Shown one piece after another: positions 1 to 16,102 of a stretch of DNA of 64,000 bases. The DNA is taken from UHGV virus genome UHGV-1378516; one strand, given 5' to 3'. The notes below the pieces were generated by a model. That model did no database searches. It was not told the DNA's origin and saw only the letters and a program-made list of their open reading frames with translations. Each line of letters starts with the position of its first letter. Position 1 is the stretch's first letter. This DNA is from a virus. Position numbers and translations under genes: made by a program.

Positions 1-2413
1 CACCTGTTGTATTCGTTACACCAGACCAGTTTCTTGATGCGTTGAAGTTGACAGGGATACCTTTAGTAAAGTTGTTACCAGTATACCCTTTAGAACCTGC
101 CTGACTACCGAGGTAGAATGCACCACTTGCTGTGTAGAAGCCACTAGCGTCACTTCTGAAGTAACCAAATGAACCAGTAATCTCCATAGTACCTCTGTTG
201 TGGTTGTGGTTACCAGTTGTGCTAGAAGTCTTAGTACCATAGTCAAATGATGAAGTAGTAGCAGAGAAGCTGTGCGTGTGTGAAGGTAAGTTACCAACAG
301 ACAGCGTTACAGAGTCTGAACCACCAGTTGTAGCAACATCTGAACCGTTTGCTGCTGCAATTCTAATAGTTCTACCAACACCATTATTCAGGTACGTCCA
401 AGTTAACCCAGGAAGTGCTGTGTTTGGGTTGACATTACTGTTAAACCACGTCACAATACCTACTGGATAGATTTTATTCAGGTCTGTAGAGTCACTAATT
501 GCTTCTGCAATCTTCTGGTCAGTTTCTGCTTTAGTGTATGCACCAATATCTGAAGGGGTTGGTTTTTGCAAACTTGTGTAGTATTTTGCAATTGTACCCT
601 TCACAATACCTTGTGGAGCATCATCAAATGTCTGTGGGACTTCAAACAACTGTACACTTGCATTACTAGAAGACTGAACCCTTGTCGTTGTGCTGTTTTG
701 ATACGTACCAGCAAGATAGTAAATATCATAGGTGTCTCCAGAAGTATTCACATAACCAATATCCCTGACAATGGTGTTCTCTGATGTTCTCCAAGCAACA
801 ACATTTAAGCCCTTTGGATTGTTATTTGAAGTTCGCAGAACAATTTCACATTTACCTGCTTGGTTTGGTGTATTAATATTAAAACCTGACCCACCAAATA
901 CCTCAATAACAGCAGTGGATGCTGATTGTGGCATCACAACAGTGGCAATTTTAGCCCACTTATCAGTGTTTCCCACATTGAAGCTAGTGCTTCTGATTCT
1001 TAGGTATCTACTATCACTAGCACTTTGCGTAAAGTATCTAGCATCTAAGTTAGAGAAATCTGAAGGTTGAACTTGTCCAGCAATAGTCAATGTTTTGTTA
1101 ATGTATGATGTTGTATTCCCGAGAACCAATTGGGTTCCAGAATAACTGTTATTTAGGGTAACATCATTCGTATCAGCACCACCAACACCAATCCACCATC
1201 TTGATACATTAGCAGTGTCCACACCACGAATATATAATGGTCTATTCTGAGTAGAGTTTTTAACAATCAGACCTTCATTATCAGTAACAACTGTCTGTAC
1301 ACCATTAAAAGTATTCCTTGCATTAGTTCTTGCAATCGTACTTAATGTTGCTACCGGAATATATCTAGAGTCAATGTTAGCCCAATCTGAAGGTTGGACT
1401 TGTCCAGTGATTTGCACAGTTTTATTGATACCAATAGCAGTACCTAGTGAAATCTGTGAACCTGTAAGGTAGTTATAAATATTTAGACGTGTTTCGTCAG
1501 AATCTGTACCAACATACCATTTATTTGTTCCATCAGACTTCTTACCGAGAATGTAAAGTGCTGTACTTGCATCAGTATTCTGCAAAGTAATAGCATTAGC
1601 ATTCTTCTTAACAACAAGGTTAGTGAAAGTGTTAGCACCTGTAAAAGTGTTATTACCAGCTAACTGTGCAAATCTCTGATTAGCAACTGTCTGAGTGAAG
1701 TATCTAGCATCTAAGTTAGAGAAATCTGAAGGTTGAACTTGACCAGTGATTGCTAAAGACTTATTCACAGAGATGTTGCTTGCAATAGTCAAGGCTGAAT
1801 TGTATTTGTTATTATATAACTTCACTTCATCAGAGCCATTACTACCAATACCAACCCACCATCTAGCTGAACCATCTAGGTTTACACCTTCGATATATTG
1901 TGCATTATTTGCATTTTGGTTCCTAAGGCGAAGTAAGTTAGCATCACCTTGAATATTTTGAGTCCCAGAGAATGTGTTTGTGACAGCAAGTCTTGCATAT
2001 CTCGCATCATTCTCTTCATTAGTTCTCATACCAAGTTCATTAGGGCTTGGTTTATTCAAAGTATGATAAACAGTTGCTGACCTTGAAGCATCTGCAATAG
2101 TGAGTTTAAGACCATTTGAGTTAAGTTTAAAAGTCTTTAAAACATCCCCAATAGTAATTTCAGAAGAACCTGTAGGGTCAAATACAGCCTTGCCACCGTA
2201 AAGTAACTTGACAATACCTAAATCACCCGTCATAGTGCTACCAGCAATCTGAACAAACCTTTCTAGTTTGAAGGAAGCTAAGAAGTCTTGATAGGTCATT
2301 CTACGGTCTTCGTCACCCAACATTTCAGGTCTTTTCTTAACTCTGATGTGCAATAGGTCTTCTGAACGAATTGTGTCGATTGAGTTTAATTGACTCAATT
2401 TGTAATCTGCCAT
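1..2413 (-). CDS. tail fibre protein, 5' portion (gene continues past window start)
   Basis: Minus-strand frame open from ATG at 2413 (SD AAGAGGA upstream, in-frame stop at 2438-2440) to position 1; absent from ORF track because it has no in-window stop; hand translation shows internal repeats (..GQVQPSDFSNLDARYF..) and HTHS/NHNHN His motifs near the window start. Confidence 0.6.
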   Translation of the reverse strand, partial: MADYKLSQLNSIDTIRSEDLLHIRVKKRPEMLGDEDRRMTYQDFLASFKLERFVQIAGSTMTGDLGIVKLLYGGKAVFDPTGSSEITIGDVLKTFKLNSNGLKLTIADASRSATVYHTLNKPSPNELGMRTNEENDARYARLAVTNTFSGTQNIQGDANLLRLRNQNANNAQYIEGVNLDGSARWWVGIGSNGSDEVKLYNNKYNSALTIASNISVNKSLAITGQVQPSDFSNLDARYFTQTVANQRFAQLAGNNTFTGANTFTNLVVKKNANAITLQNTDASTALYILGKKSDGTNKWYVGTDSDETRLNIYNYLTGSQISLGTAIGINKTVQITGQVQPSDWANIDSRYIPVATLSTIARTNARNTFNGVQTVVTDNEGLIVKNSTQNRPLYIRGVDTANVSRWWIGVGGADTNDVTLNNSYSGTQLVLGNTTSYINKTLTIAGQVQPSDFSNLDARYFTQSASDSRYLRIRSTSFNVGNTDKWAKIATVVMPQSASTAVIEVFGGSGFNINTPNQAGKCEIVLRTSNNNPKGLNVVAWRTSENTIVRDIGYVNTSGDTYDIYYLAGTYQNSTTTRVQSSSNASVQLFEVPQTFDDAPQGIVKGTIAKYYTSLQKPTPSDIGAYTKAETDQKIAEAISDSTDLNKIYPVGIVTWFNSNVNPNTALPGLTWTYLNNGVGRTIRIAAANGSDVATTGGSDSVTLSVGNLPSHTHSFSATTSSFDYGTKTSSTTGNHNHNRGTMEITGSFGYFRSDASGFYTASGAFYLGSQAGSKGYTGNNFTKGIPVNFNASRNWSGVTNTTG

Positions 2414-2433
2414 TATGAATTTTCCTCTTAAAA

Positions 2434-2449
2434 GGGGCTATAAAGCCCC
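2434..2449 (-). terminator. weak hairpin terminator/attenuator between the two tail fibre genes
   Basis: GGGGC-tttata-GCCCC on minus strand followed by UUUU. Confidence 0.3.
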
Positions 2450-2459
2450 TGTAAAGAAA

Positions 2460-3635
2460 TTAAACTGTTCTCTGCCACACATATACTACAAAAGATGGCT
2501 GCTCAATACTGAAAGCTTGGCCACCACCAACAGAACCAGATGTTCCTGAGTGTGTATGCTCGGAGCTAGAAACAGTAACAGTACCTGTATGGCTGTGTGA
2601 ACCAATATTAACAGTATGACTATGAGCACCAATTGCAACAGTATGACTATGAGCACCAGATGATGCAGTTGTGCCTGAGAAGCTATGGGTGTGAGCACCA
2701 GCTAAATCAGTATACATAGCATTACCAACACCAGCATCAGCAGATGCAGTAATAGCATTTGTACCACCTCTATCATTACCCCTCATAGGTACTCTATGGT
2801 TGTGGTTACCAGCATTGCTTGTTGTGCCACTAAACGTGTGCGTGTGAGCACCAACACTGTTAGTTGTCTTCGTACCATAATCAAAAGTCGATGTACTTTT
2901 TGAACCATAATCAAAGCTAGAGATAGATACGCTTGCAGAGTGTGTATGACCACCACCTGTTAGATAGATAGAGTGAGTATGCGCTGGTAAATTATTATTT
3001 GTTAATGCTACAGTCTGAGAACCAAACATTGAACCAACAGGTCTAGAATCTGTATCATAACCAACTAGTGCTCTACCTTTAGAAACTAACTCCCAAGTAC
3101 CTCCACAAAGTAAGTAAGTGGATGGGTTAGCTGGATTCACAGATAGATGGATTGTCCCTACTGGATATGATGCTTGGATAGCTTTGTACAAGTTATTGAC
3201 TGCTTTTGCTGTAGCATATTTATCAGCATCTTCATTGTACAGATTGGATGTTGTCCAGTTCTGAACATTACTTAAACCGACCTGTGCTTTCGTTGTATTG
3301 TGTGGGTTACTTTTATCGTCAATATGTTTCTGAATTAAATTATTCACTTCCTCTGACGACATAATTTGTAGATTTGCTCTTGCCTCAGCAACACTTACAA
3401 CATCTGACAAGTTATTAGCTGCAACTAATTGAAGAGAGTTAATAACATTATCAAGACCTACTTGTGATTTAGTTACACCATGAGGGTTATTCCTCAAAGA
3501 TGCGTGAGGTGCTAACAACTGCTCAAGCGTACATCTTTTATCCTCAACACCTTGCTTAAGGTGGAAGATATCACTCAAATCAATTGGTAAGGCCGCTTGT
3601 GGCAAGGCACTAATTTGAATTTCACCTACTGCCAT
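2460..3635 (-). CDS. tail fibre protein with His-x-His repeat tip
   Basis: 391 aa; repeated AHTHS/GAHSHTV/NHNH motifs in C-terminal half; N-terminal ..KSQVGLDNV../..KAQVGLSNV.. motifs; last genes of structural operon. Confidence 0.65.
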   Translation of the reverse strand: MAVGEIQISALPQAALPIDLSDIFHLKQGVEDKRCTLEQLLAPHASLRNNPHGVTKSQVGLDNVINSLQLVAANNLSDVVSVAEARANLQIMSSEEVNNLIQKHIDDKSNPHNTTKAQVGLSNVQNWTTSNLYNEDADKYATAKAVNNLYKAIQASYPVGTIHLSVNPANPSTYLLCGGTWELVSKGRALVGYDTDSRPVGSMFGSQTVALTNNNLPAHTHSIYLTGGGHTHSASVSISSFDYGSKSTSTFDYGTKTTNSVGAHTHTFSGTTSNAGNHNHRVPMRGNDRGGTNAITASADAGVGNAMYTDLAGAHTHSFSGTTASSGAHSHTVAIGAHSHTVNIGSHSHTGTVTVSSSEHTHSGTSGSVGGGQAFSIEQPSFVVYVWQRTV

Positions 3636-3637
3636 TA

Positions 3638-3940
3638 TTAAGCTCCTACATATTCATATGTGTAAAGGTTTCTTGTACTTGTTGATGCAGTCCCTGTCTC
3701 AGACTTAATGAGGTTCCAGCCATTAGCCACTAAATCTGGTTGCTCAGTTGCATATGAGCGAACTTCACCAACAGTGCCGTTTACTTTATTCAGCAGGTAG
3801 TTGATAATATAGTTGAACCACTGTCTACCCATAGGCTCACCCTTTAAAAGACCTGTCTCTTGAACTTCCGGTGGTGGTAAAACTTTTAACTGATTACCAT
3901 CAGTATCTACTTCGTTTGTAGACCAATTTAGAACTGCCAT
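3638..3940 (-). CDS. hypothetical protein (tail fibre/baseplate associated by position)
   Basis: 100 aa ORF tightly packed between baseplate and fibre genes. Confidence 0.45.
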   Translation of the reverse strand: MAVLNWSTNEVDTDGNQLKVLPPPEVQETGLLKGEPMGRQWFNYIINYLLNKVNGTVGEVRSYATEQPDLVANGWNLIKSETGTASTSTRNLYTYEYVGA

Positions 3941-4794
3941 TAAGAATTTCCTTCTTGTTGTGATTTATCTTTTCTGCCTTTGACAATTTGTGCAACCTCA
4001 GCCATAACTCCGTATGCACCACCTGCAATAGCTTCTTTACCAACGATGAAATAACCACTCTTATTAGACCTATCTACAGTCATATAATCATCGCTCTGTA
4101 AGTTTGCTGTTCTGTCAACCTTAAAGTAACCATCAATAACACCAGCATCTGCAAGGCTACCTACTAAGTTGGACTCCAGAGAGCCACCAGTGTTATTTGT
4201 TACCAGACCTCTGTTAGCATCAGTTACAAACCAGTTCTCTTTATCATCAACAATAGCAAGTGATGAATCAGCAACCTCTACAGGTGTCCAAGCGGTCCCA
4301 TTTAAAGTAACATCTCTTAAGATAACAGCGGAACCAGTGGTTGTTGCAGAAATCTTTGACAGTGTATATGCAGCATCAAGAACGCTTTTTCTAGTATTAA
4401 TACGGATAACGATACCACCAGTCTTAGGAGTAATATGCTCAAAAATCTGAGAGAAAGTTGCACCATACAATGTCATAATTGCTTTTTGCAAGAATGTTGG
4501 AGTAGTGTCAGAACGTCTTAAGAAGATTTGGATATAAAGCATAGCTCTATATGTTTCATCATCAGCACCTAAAGGTCTAGGAACTTTAATCAGTGAGCCA
4601 ATATTATCAAGTTGTTGACCTACTGACGTCCTAATATTTCTCTCTGTGTGCATCTGCCAGCAAACATCTTCTAAGGTTTGTAACTCATCAGTGATTGCTT
4701 TCAAGATGCTTGTATAGATAAACTTATCTTTAAACTGTGTTACAGTCCTTTCATCAAGTGTTTTATAATAAACACTATCAATCTTTTCAAACAT
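3940..4794 (-). CDS. putative baseplate protein (gpI/gp48-like by position)
   Basis: 284 aa, directly downstream of baseplate J-like gene; assignment by synteny only. Confidence 0.4.
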   Translation of the reverse strand: MFEKIDSVYYKTLDERTVTQFKDKFIYTSILKAITDELQTLEDVCWQMHTERNIRTSVGQQLDNIGSLIKVPRPLGADDETYRAMLYIQIFLRRSDTTPTFLQKAIMTLYGATFSQIFEHITPKTGGIVIRINTRKSVLDAAYTLSKISATTTGSAVILRDVTLNGTAWTPVEVADSSLAIVDDKENWFVTDANRGLVTNNTGGSLESNLVGSLADAGVIDGYFKVDRTANLQSDDYMTVDRSNKSGYFIVGKEAIAGGAYGVMAEVAQIVKGRKDKSQQEGNS

Positions 4795-4796
4795 TA

Positions 4797-6265
4797 TTAC
4801 TCCTTAGTGATGGTATACTGGCTACTTTCCCAAACAGTATATTGGTCACCGTCAACAGTAATTCTTGCTGTAGTATATTGTCCGTCACTAGGTGGAACTG
4901 ATTGGCTGTTTGATAATGCTACTTTCACCTCATTAATCTCAATACCTTTGATTACGTCATAGATGTACCCATAAATTCTGTTAGGGATAACATCATTACC
5001 AACCTTAAGAGTTCTTCCGTAGGCGTTAATACCTTGCACAATACTATCTCTGATATCTTCTTCAGGGATTGTCAAACTTTCTTCGTCATATAATGAGTAA
5101 GACACCTTAACAAATGCGTATTTTGGTGTTGGTCTGCTAAAATAGATATTATGTGCCAGACCACCTAAATCATAGGCTGTACCAAAAATTGAGCCATAAG
5201 CCCTGATACCAGCAGGTTTTGTATCCCAGATTGCTTGAGCAACATTATCATTTTGACCACCAACTACAACAATCTTAAAAGACTTTGGTGGAAGACCTTC
5301 TGAGTTTGTCTCTTCAGTATCATTTTCAACACCTGAAGCATCTGAGACACCTTGAACTCTTTTAACAGCAGCCACAATTGCATCCAAAGTCCCTACACCA
5401 GTAACTGCTAAGGATTCTAAATATCTCTGTCTAAGTTCTGTGTCAGTTTCTTCGTTTCTACCAGTTGTTAAGTCATACCTGTTATAAATACTGTCAAGAC
5501 CATCAACAGTTGTCTCAATCTCAATAAGCGTACCAGCCAAAGCAGGGGTAGCACCAACCTCTTCAGCTACTACATCTGAAATAGTTGTAATCTTTGTAAA
5601 GGGCAGAAACGTTGTTGCAGTGACAACCATAGGGTTTGTTCTTGCAATGATATCACCTTCGTCTTTATAGACTCTTAATGCGGCTCCATCATTAATGACT
5701 TCTGCTTTTGCTACAATACCACCATTAATAGCTTCTGCTAATTTTGTTAGCAGCGTAGTGATTGTGTCTAATGAGGTTGGTTTATATGAGAAAATGACGT
5801 TATCAATAATAATAACATAATCTGCATCAGTTCGTAAAGAGTTAACTTCAAGTGTAGCTTCAACACAATATGATGGAGTAAGGGTAATGTTATTAACTGG
5901 ATAAAAGATGTTTCCGGCAGTACTTCTTAATCTTGTTGTTGAAGGAATGGTAGCACCAGTAGTTCCAGTAAACTCAACTTGACCTCTTGTTGCCTGAGCA
6001 ACATATCTGTATACAGCATTCAAAGCTGTAATATCATCAAGGTTAAATCCTTCAGCCTTGTCAATTGTCCCGCCGTCATAGATTTCTGATAGAATCTCAT
6101 GTGTATCTGCTAAAGACCTTGCAATTGAAGCTAGGAAGAGACCTAATTGACTGTCTTCAGAGACGTCAAGGTTTGGTGAAATATCTCTAAGAAGTCTTGA
6201 TTTGATATTATCAAAAATTTCCTGATATCTTAGAGTTTGTAATCCTGTTGTAGTTAATCCTGCCA

Positions 6266-6266
<1 letters not shown>
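4797..6266 (-). CDS. putative baseplate J-like protein
   Basis: 489 aa, position between wedge-like and gpI-like genes in P2/Mu-type order; synteny-based. Confidence 0.45.
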
Positions 6267-11650
<5,384 letters not shown>

Positions 11651-11651
<1 letters not shown>

Positions 11652-11890
11652 TACATTTTTCCTGCTCTTCTAAGTTCGTTGTAAGCAATTTCCTCTTTAT
11701 ACGACCTCTGAATCTCAAGAAATTGTCTCAATGATAATAAATCAGAGAATGTCATAGCAAAGAGTTGGTCAAGTGTTTCTTTACACCCTTCCATACCATA
11801 AATAGCAAGCACAAATTTCATCTCGTCTGCTTCTTCATAGGTTGCCTCTACAGCAGCATCAGTTAGTGGTGTCTGTAGAGTGTTACCCAT
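11651..11890 (-). CDS. hypothetical protein (tail assembly chaperone region)
   Basis: 79 aa ORF between chaperone-like gene and tape measure. Confidence 0.35.
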
Positions 11891-11892
11891 GT

Positions 11893-12291
11893 TTACTGAG
11901 AAGTTAGGCTTTTGAAAATGCTTGCTTCGAAAAAACTTCCGAAGTTTGCCTCCAGCGCAAATGCTAAGTAGTCAATAAATTCACCGTAGTTTGCTTGGAA
12001 ATAGGTATCAATATTTAGTGGGAAGTCATCAACAGTCGCCCCTTGAAATAGTAAGGTAGCCATTTCTTCAAGGTTAATTTCTTCAATTCTGTCAAAACAA
12101 GCTTCAACAAGTTCTTTAAATGGAACCATTGGAGCCTCTTTCTTATCTTTATCAGTCAGACTTGACAGCATCTGTGCAAAAGTTGGAACAACAATTTTAC
12201 CCAACTTCATAGACATCTTAATACCATCTCTTGCCCCAAGCAGAACGATATTTACTTTCTTACCATTAATTACTCTAAATTCTGTTTTCAT
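11893..12291 (-). CDS. putative tail assembly chaperone
   Basis: 132 aa ORF between tail tube and tape measure; position-based. Confidence 0.4.
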   Translation of the reverse strand: MKTEFRVINGKKVNIVLLGARDGIKMSMKLGKIVVPTFAQMLSSLTDKDKKEAPMVPFKELVEACFDRIEEINLEEMATLLFQGATVDDFPLNIDTYFQANYGEFIDYLAFALEANFGSFFEASIFKSLTSQ

Positions 12292-12362
12292 TGTGATTCC
12301 TTAATACTTTAAAAGAAACAAAAAGGGGAAGACCTTTTAAAGTCTCCCCCTTATAGGATTTA

Positions 12363-12809
12363 TTAAACACTTGACGCTGGAATTGTAGAAGTGTAGTCTA
12401 GCTTCTCACAACCAAAAATCCAAGTCTTAGAGTTCTGGTCACGACCAAGTTCAATCTGTGGTAATTCCTGCAACCAAGCATTAATACCAGTTGCCAGAAC
12501 AGAGCCTGATGGGTCGTAGATTACGAAGTTAGAAGAGATATCTTCTTCAAGTTCCATGTTGTCTTGTTTAGCTTGAATTGCAGAAAGCATCTGGTTAGAG
12601 AGAGAAGTCTGCATTAACTCAATCTCAATAGTACCTGTCTTGTCTGCATTTCTTGTCAGAGCAACTTGACCACCTGCACCTACAACTGGTGTCACAAGTG
12701 GTGATGTTCTCTGTAGACGTAAAAATGAGTCTGGGGCAAAGCCTTCAATGGCAATACCATTCCAGCTACACACAACGTCTTTAGGGGAATATTGCTGATA
12801 CATAGCCAT
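12363..12809 (-). CDS. tail tube protein
   Basis: 148 aa, immediately downstream of sheath gene. Confidence 0.55.
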   Translation of the reverse strand: MAMYQQYSPKDVVCSWNGIAIEGFAPDSFLRLQRTSPLVTPVVGAGGQVALTRNADKTGTIEIELMQTSLSNQMLSAIQAKQDNMELEEDISSNFVIYDPSGSVLATGINAWLQELPQIELGRDQNSKTWIFGCEKLDYTSTIPASSV

Positions 12810-12824
12810 TCCAATTTACCTCTA

Positions 12825-14177
12825 TTATTCGTAAGCCACTGTACCTTTCAAGTCAACATCCAAGATAGCCCCTGCTAAGATACCTGCGAAGGTAACGTCT
12901 TTCAGGATACGAGCTTTCTTGTCTGCCAAAGCAACTTGAGAGGCTTTAGGAACATTAACTGTGTAAGATGACAGGAAGTTTCTGTTGACTGCTCTTTGCA
13001 GAGAGGTTTCAATGACTTGACGAATACGGGTAATACCAGTATCATCATAAGTAATCTTACCACCCTTCTGATTAATTAGCAAGTCTCTCAGAGAAGTTTT
13101 CAGGTCTGATTCTAACCAGTCAACACCACGGATAATATCAATCCATTCCCCACCAGAAGTAATCCCTCTACGAACCACTGGAACACCACCATCAAGGTCA
13201 ATAAAGTTACAGTGACGTGCATCTAAAGCTGACTTCTGAATACTTGTCAGAGGTCTCTGGTTAGATGGCTGTAGAGAAGCAGCTACACCAGTTAACTGTG
13301 CGTTACCCCAAGCAATTGAACCTGCATCATAAGGAGCACCATAAGCAATGTATGCCATTTCTGGATAATCTTCTGCTGCTGTGTGATGCCACAAGCAAAC
13401 GGTACGAGTGTACTGGCTCTTAGCAAGCTGTGCTGGAACATCATTTGCACTGGCTAATTCTGTACCTTGCAGTGCTGTTACATCAGAGTTAGCTGTAAAG
13501 AAAATCTTCTTGCGAGCTTGAATCTCAGAAGCCATTGCTAAGACAAACTGTTGAGTTCTGTCTTCTGCTGCAATGAAATACCAGTCAGTTGAGTAAGCTT
13601 CAATAGCTGCCAGAGCAGTCGATGCTGTGTCAGCAGTAGTACTTGCAATTGATACTGTTTGTGCTGTAGAAGTCACCTTCACGAAGTCATTGTCACCAGC
13701 TTTGGTGATTACCATTGTTGCTGAACCGCCAGCACCAGTTACATTGACAGTAACAAGGTCTTTTACAGAAGGTTCTGCTTCAATCTGAGTTTTAAGCTGC
13801 TGTAGCACCTTCTCAGCAGTATCTTCTGACTGTGAAGTATACTGGAATGGCTGAGAAACTCCACCGCTCACAGCTACAGTTAAAGAATAGTCGGTGCTCT
13901 CAGTAACCTCATCAGGAATTGATACGGTGTACTGCATAGCACGTCTACCAATATAAAGCTGAGTTACTTTAGGAGTCTGACTCCAAAGTTGTTTAGCAGC
14001 CTTATATGCAGCAGAGTTTTCATCGAAATCTTCAGCAACTTCAGTTAAGGAAGTGTAACCACGCACTCTTTCTTCAAAATTATCTGTTGAAGCTAAAAAT
14101 AGTGGCAGCCCAAAACCTTCTCTTGTAGTTCCTGCGGTGTTCAATGTAATATCTACATTAACAATTGGATTCCACAT
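12825..14177 (-). CDS. contractile tail sheath protein
   Basis: 450 aa; size, position before tube gene and C-terminal ..GGEWIDIIRGVDWLE.. region typical of sheath proteins. Confidence 0.65.
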   Translation of the reverse strand: MWNPIVNVDITLNTAGTTREGFGLPLFLASTDNFEERVRGYTSLTEVAEDFDENSAAYKAAKQLWSQTPKVTQLYIGRRAMQYTVSIPDEVTESTDYSLTVAVSGGVSQPFQYTSQSEDTAEKVLQQLKTQIEAEPSVKDLVTVNVTGAGGSATMVITKAGDNDFVKVTSTAQTVSIASTTADTASTALAAIEAYSTDWYFIAAEDRTQQFVLAMASEIQARKKIFFTANSDVTALQGTELASANDVPAQLAKSQYTRTVCLWHHTAAEDYPEMAYIAYGAPYDAGSIAWGNAQLTGVAASLQPSNQRPLTSIQKSALDARHCNFIDLDGGVPVVRRGITSGGEWIDIIRGVDWLESDLKTSLRDLLINQKGGKITYDDTGITRIRQVIETSLQRAVNRNFLSSYTVNVPKASQVALADKKARILKDVTFAGILAGAILDVDLKGTVAYE

Positions 14178-14777
14178 TTATTTTACCCCTTTGGAGTCTA
14201 CATCTAGATGGATAGTATATTCTGGTGGCTCTTGTCCTTCTTCGTAAACTAATTCACCATCAACAATGACACGCTCAATAATACTTCCACGTTCATCTTT
14301 CAGGACTGAATTTTTTACAAGAGTTACAACAAGAGGCGCAGAATTTTCGAAATCTGTATTAAGATAAGTGTAGTCATTTGGGATAGCTCCAGTGTCTAGA
14401 ACTGTAGCTCCTGTCTCTTCAAGAATTAAATCTCTGACTGAACTCATCTCTAATCGTTGTTTAAGCTCAAGCATGATGCTGTGAGCACCTTTACCATTCA
14501 CCGTAATTAGTACAGGAATCTGAAAAGCAATTCTGTAGCAAACTACATCATCCTCAACAAACTTATCAAGAACCCAACCATAAGGTGTTGCAGCATCTTG
14601 ACAATATACGGTAATAAATGGCTGGTCAGGTTTTAAACCTTTGTCATTTGAGTTATCAGAAGGGTAAGCTCTAATTACGTTTGGTCTATTATTTTTATCA
14701 CGAGCTAGTCTGTGACCAATAACATCCACTAAGGTTCTAACTAGACCTTTTTCAAGTTCTGCTGTTTCTAACTGCAT
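14178..14777 (-). CDS. hypothetical virion protein (tail completion region)
   Basis: 199 aa ORF between head and tail genes. Confidence 0.4.
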   Translation of the reverse strand: MQLETAELEKGLVRTLVDVIGHRLARDKNNRPNVIRAYPSDNSNDKGLKPDQPFITVYCQDAATPYGWVLDKFVEDDVVCYRIAFQIPVLITVNGKGAHSIMLELKQRLEMSSVRDLILEETGATVLDTGAIPNDYTYLNTDFENSAPLVVTLVKNSVLKDERGSIIERVIVDGELVYEEGQEPPEYTIHLDVDSKGVK

Positions 14778-15153
14778 TCATTTTATCCCTTCTAATAATG
14801 ATATATTCATAATGGGACGTATGGGCTAATTGTTGTGACCAATCCATAGTCATAAATACTTCATACTCATGACCATCAATCATAACAATGTCAGACTCAT
14901 TCCACTCTACATCATCTGAAGTTCTAAGTTTATATGTAGTATACAGGATTCTTGTATCGGTAAGCCTGATACCTTCCGGTAAAGCAATCTGTGTACCATT
15001 CTTTACAGAACCTTTGATATATGGCTGGATATTACCTTTGCAGTTAACCTCTACAATATCTTGTGAAGCTACCCAATCACCATCATCATTGTAATAACCG
15101 TCTTCAGAGACTTTACGCTTTACTACAAAGCTGTGTCTGTTTAAGAGTCTCAT
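14752..15153 (-). CDS. hypothetical protein (head-tail joining region)
   Basis: 133 aa ORF. Confidence 0.4.
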   Translation of the reverse strand: MRLLNRHSFVVKRKVSEDGYYNDDGDWVASQDIVEVNCKGNIQPYIKGSVKNGTQIALPEGIRLTDTRILYTTYKLRTSDDVEWNESDIVMIDGHEYEVFMTMDWSQQLAHTSHYEYIIIRRDKMNAVRNSRT

Positions 15154-15632
15154 TTCTTAATACCCTTCTTAGTAGAAATTTTATAAGCAAGGCTATCCCT
15201 TAAGTCACCTGTCTCAACAAGAGGTGCGTTAAAGCCTTTTTTCTTGACTGTGGAAGGTGCGTTAGGAGGGAGTATAGCAGAATTACCAAAACCCCTTTTA
15301 ATTGCCTTCTGAGCATTCTTTGCAAATGCTTCTAAAGTATTTGAAGGGTCTGTGTTGAGACTGCTAAGTTGCTTATATAGATTCTTCTTAGTCTGCTCTA
15401 ACAAGGTCTGTCTGTTTAGCATCATAGTGATTTCAAACAACCTACGATATACTTTACCAGAAGCTGAAGTAACCCCAATAACTTCTTGTAAATACATTAA
15501 AGCAGGATAAGAAAAACCAGAGCTATGTTGACCTTGTTCTTGAAAATACCCAACTTGAGCATTAGCCGTTTGCAAGTTCTTCATAGCCCCGACTAATTTT
15601 GCTCTAGCGGGGTGAATAACCCTTTTAACCAT
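15150..15632 (-). CDS. hypothetical protein (head-tail joining region)
   Basis: 160 aa ORF, overlapping stop/start with neighbours. Confidence 0.4.
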   Translation of the reverse strand: MVKRVIHPARAKLVGAMKNLQTANAQVGYFQEQGQHSSGFSYPALMYLQEVIGVTSASGKVYRRLFEITMMLNRQTLLEQTKKNLYKQLSSLNTDPSNTLEAFAKNAQKAIKRGFGNSAILPPNAPSTVKKKGFNAPLVETGDLRDSLAYKISTKKGIKK

Positions 15633-16081
15633 TATTCATCTCGCTCGATAATAAATACGCCATTAACACGGTTGCAGTAATCTCTGCCTTCGTATCTGGC
15701 AGCATCACCATATTCTGTGTATTTCTTGACAGAGCAAGGATTTTGACGACGCATATCAATGTCGCACTGATTAATACCACCTGCATAGGGTAGTCCTGAA
15801 ACAGAGCTTTTAACAAGGTCGTCATAAACAGCTTTCAGAGATTTGAATCTGGAAGAGTTACGTAAATAAACACCACCAACCTTCTCATCTCCCATCTTGG
15901 CTACTTGAAAGAGTAAATATTTAAGAGCTTTGATGGCTGCTTTCTTTTCATCCTTTCCAGATTCTAGATAGAACCACTCTAGCACAGACTGTTCAATAAG
16001 AATTTCATCATTATTGGTGTCTGTGCAGAGGATTCTTACTCTATCAAGAGGGTTATTGGCTGGGTCGCCTGTATAGCACAT
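15632..16081 (-). CDS. hypothetical protein (head completion region)
   Basis: 149 aa ORF directly after major capsid gene. Confidence 0.4.
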   Translation of the reverse strand: MCYTGDPANNPLDRVRILCTDTNNDEILIEQSVLEWFYLESGKDEKKAAIKALKYLLFQVAKMGDEKVGGVYLRNSSRFKSLKAVYDDLVKSSVSGLPYAGGINQCDIDMRRQNPCSVKKYTEYGDAARYEGRDYCNRVNGVFIIERDE

Positions 16082-16102
16082 TCATAACCCTCCTTAAGAA
16101 TA

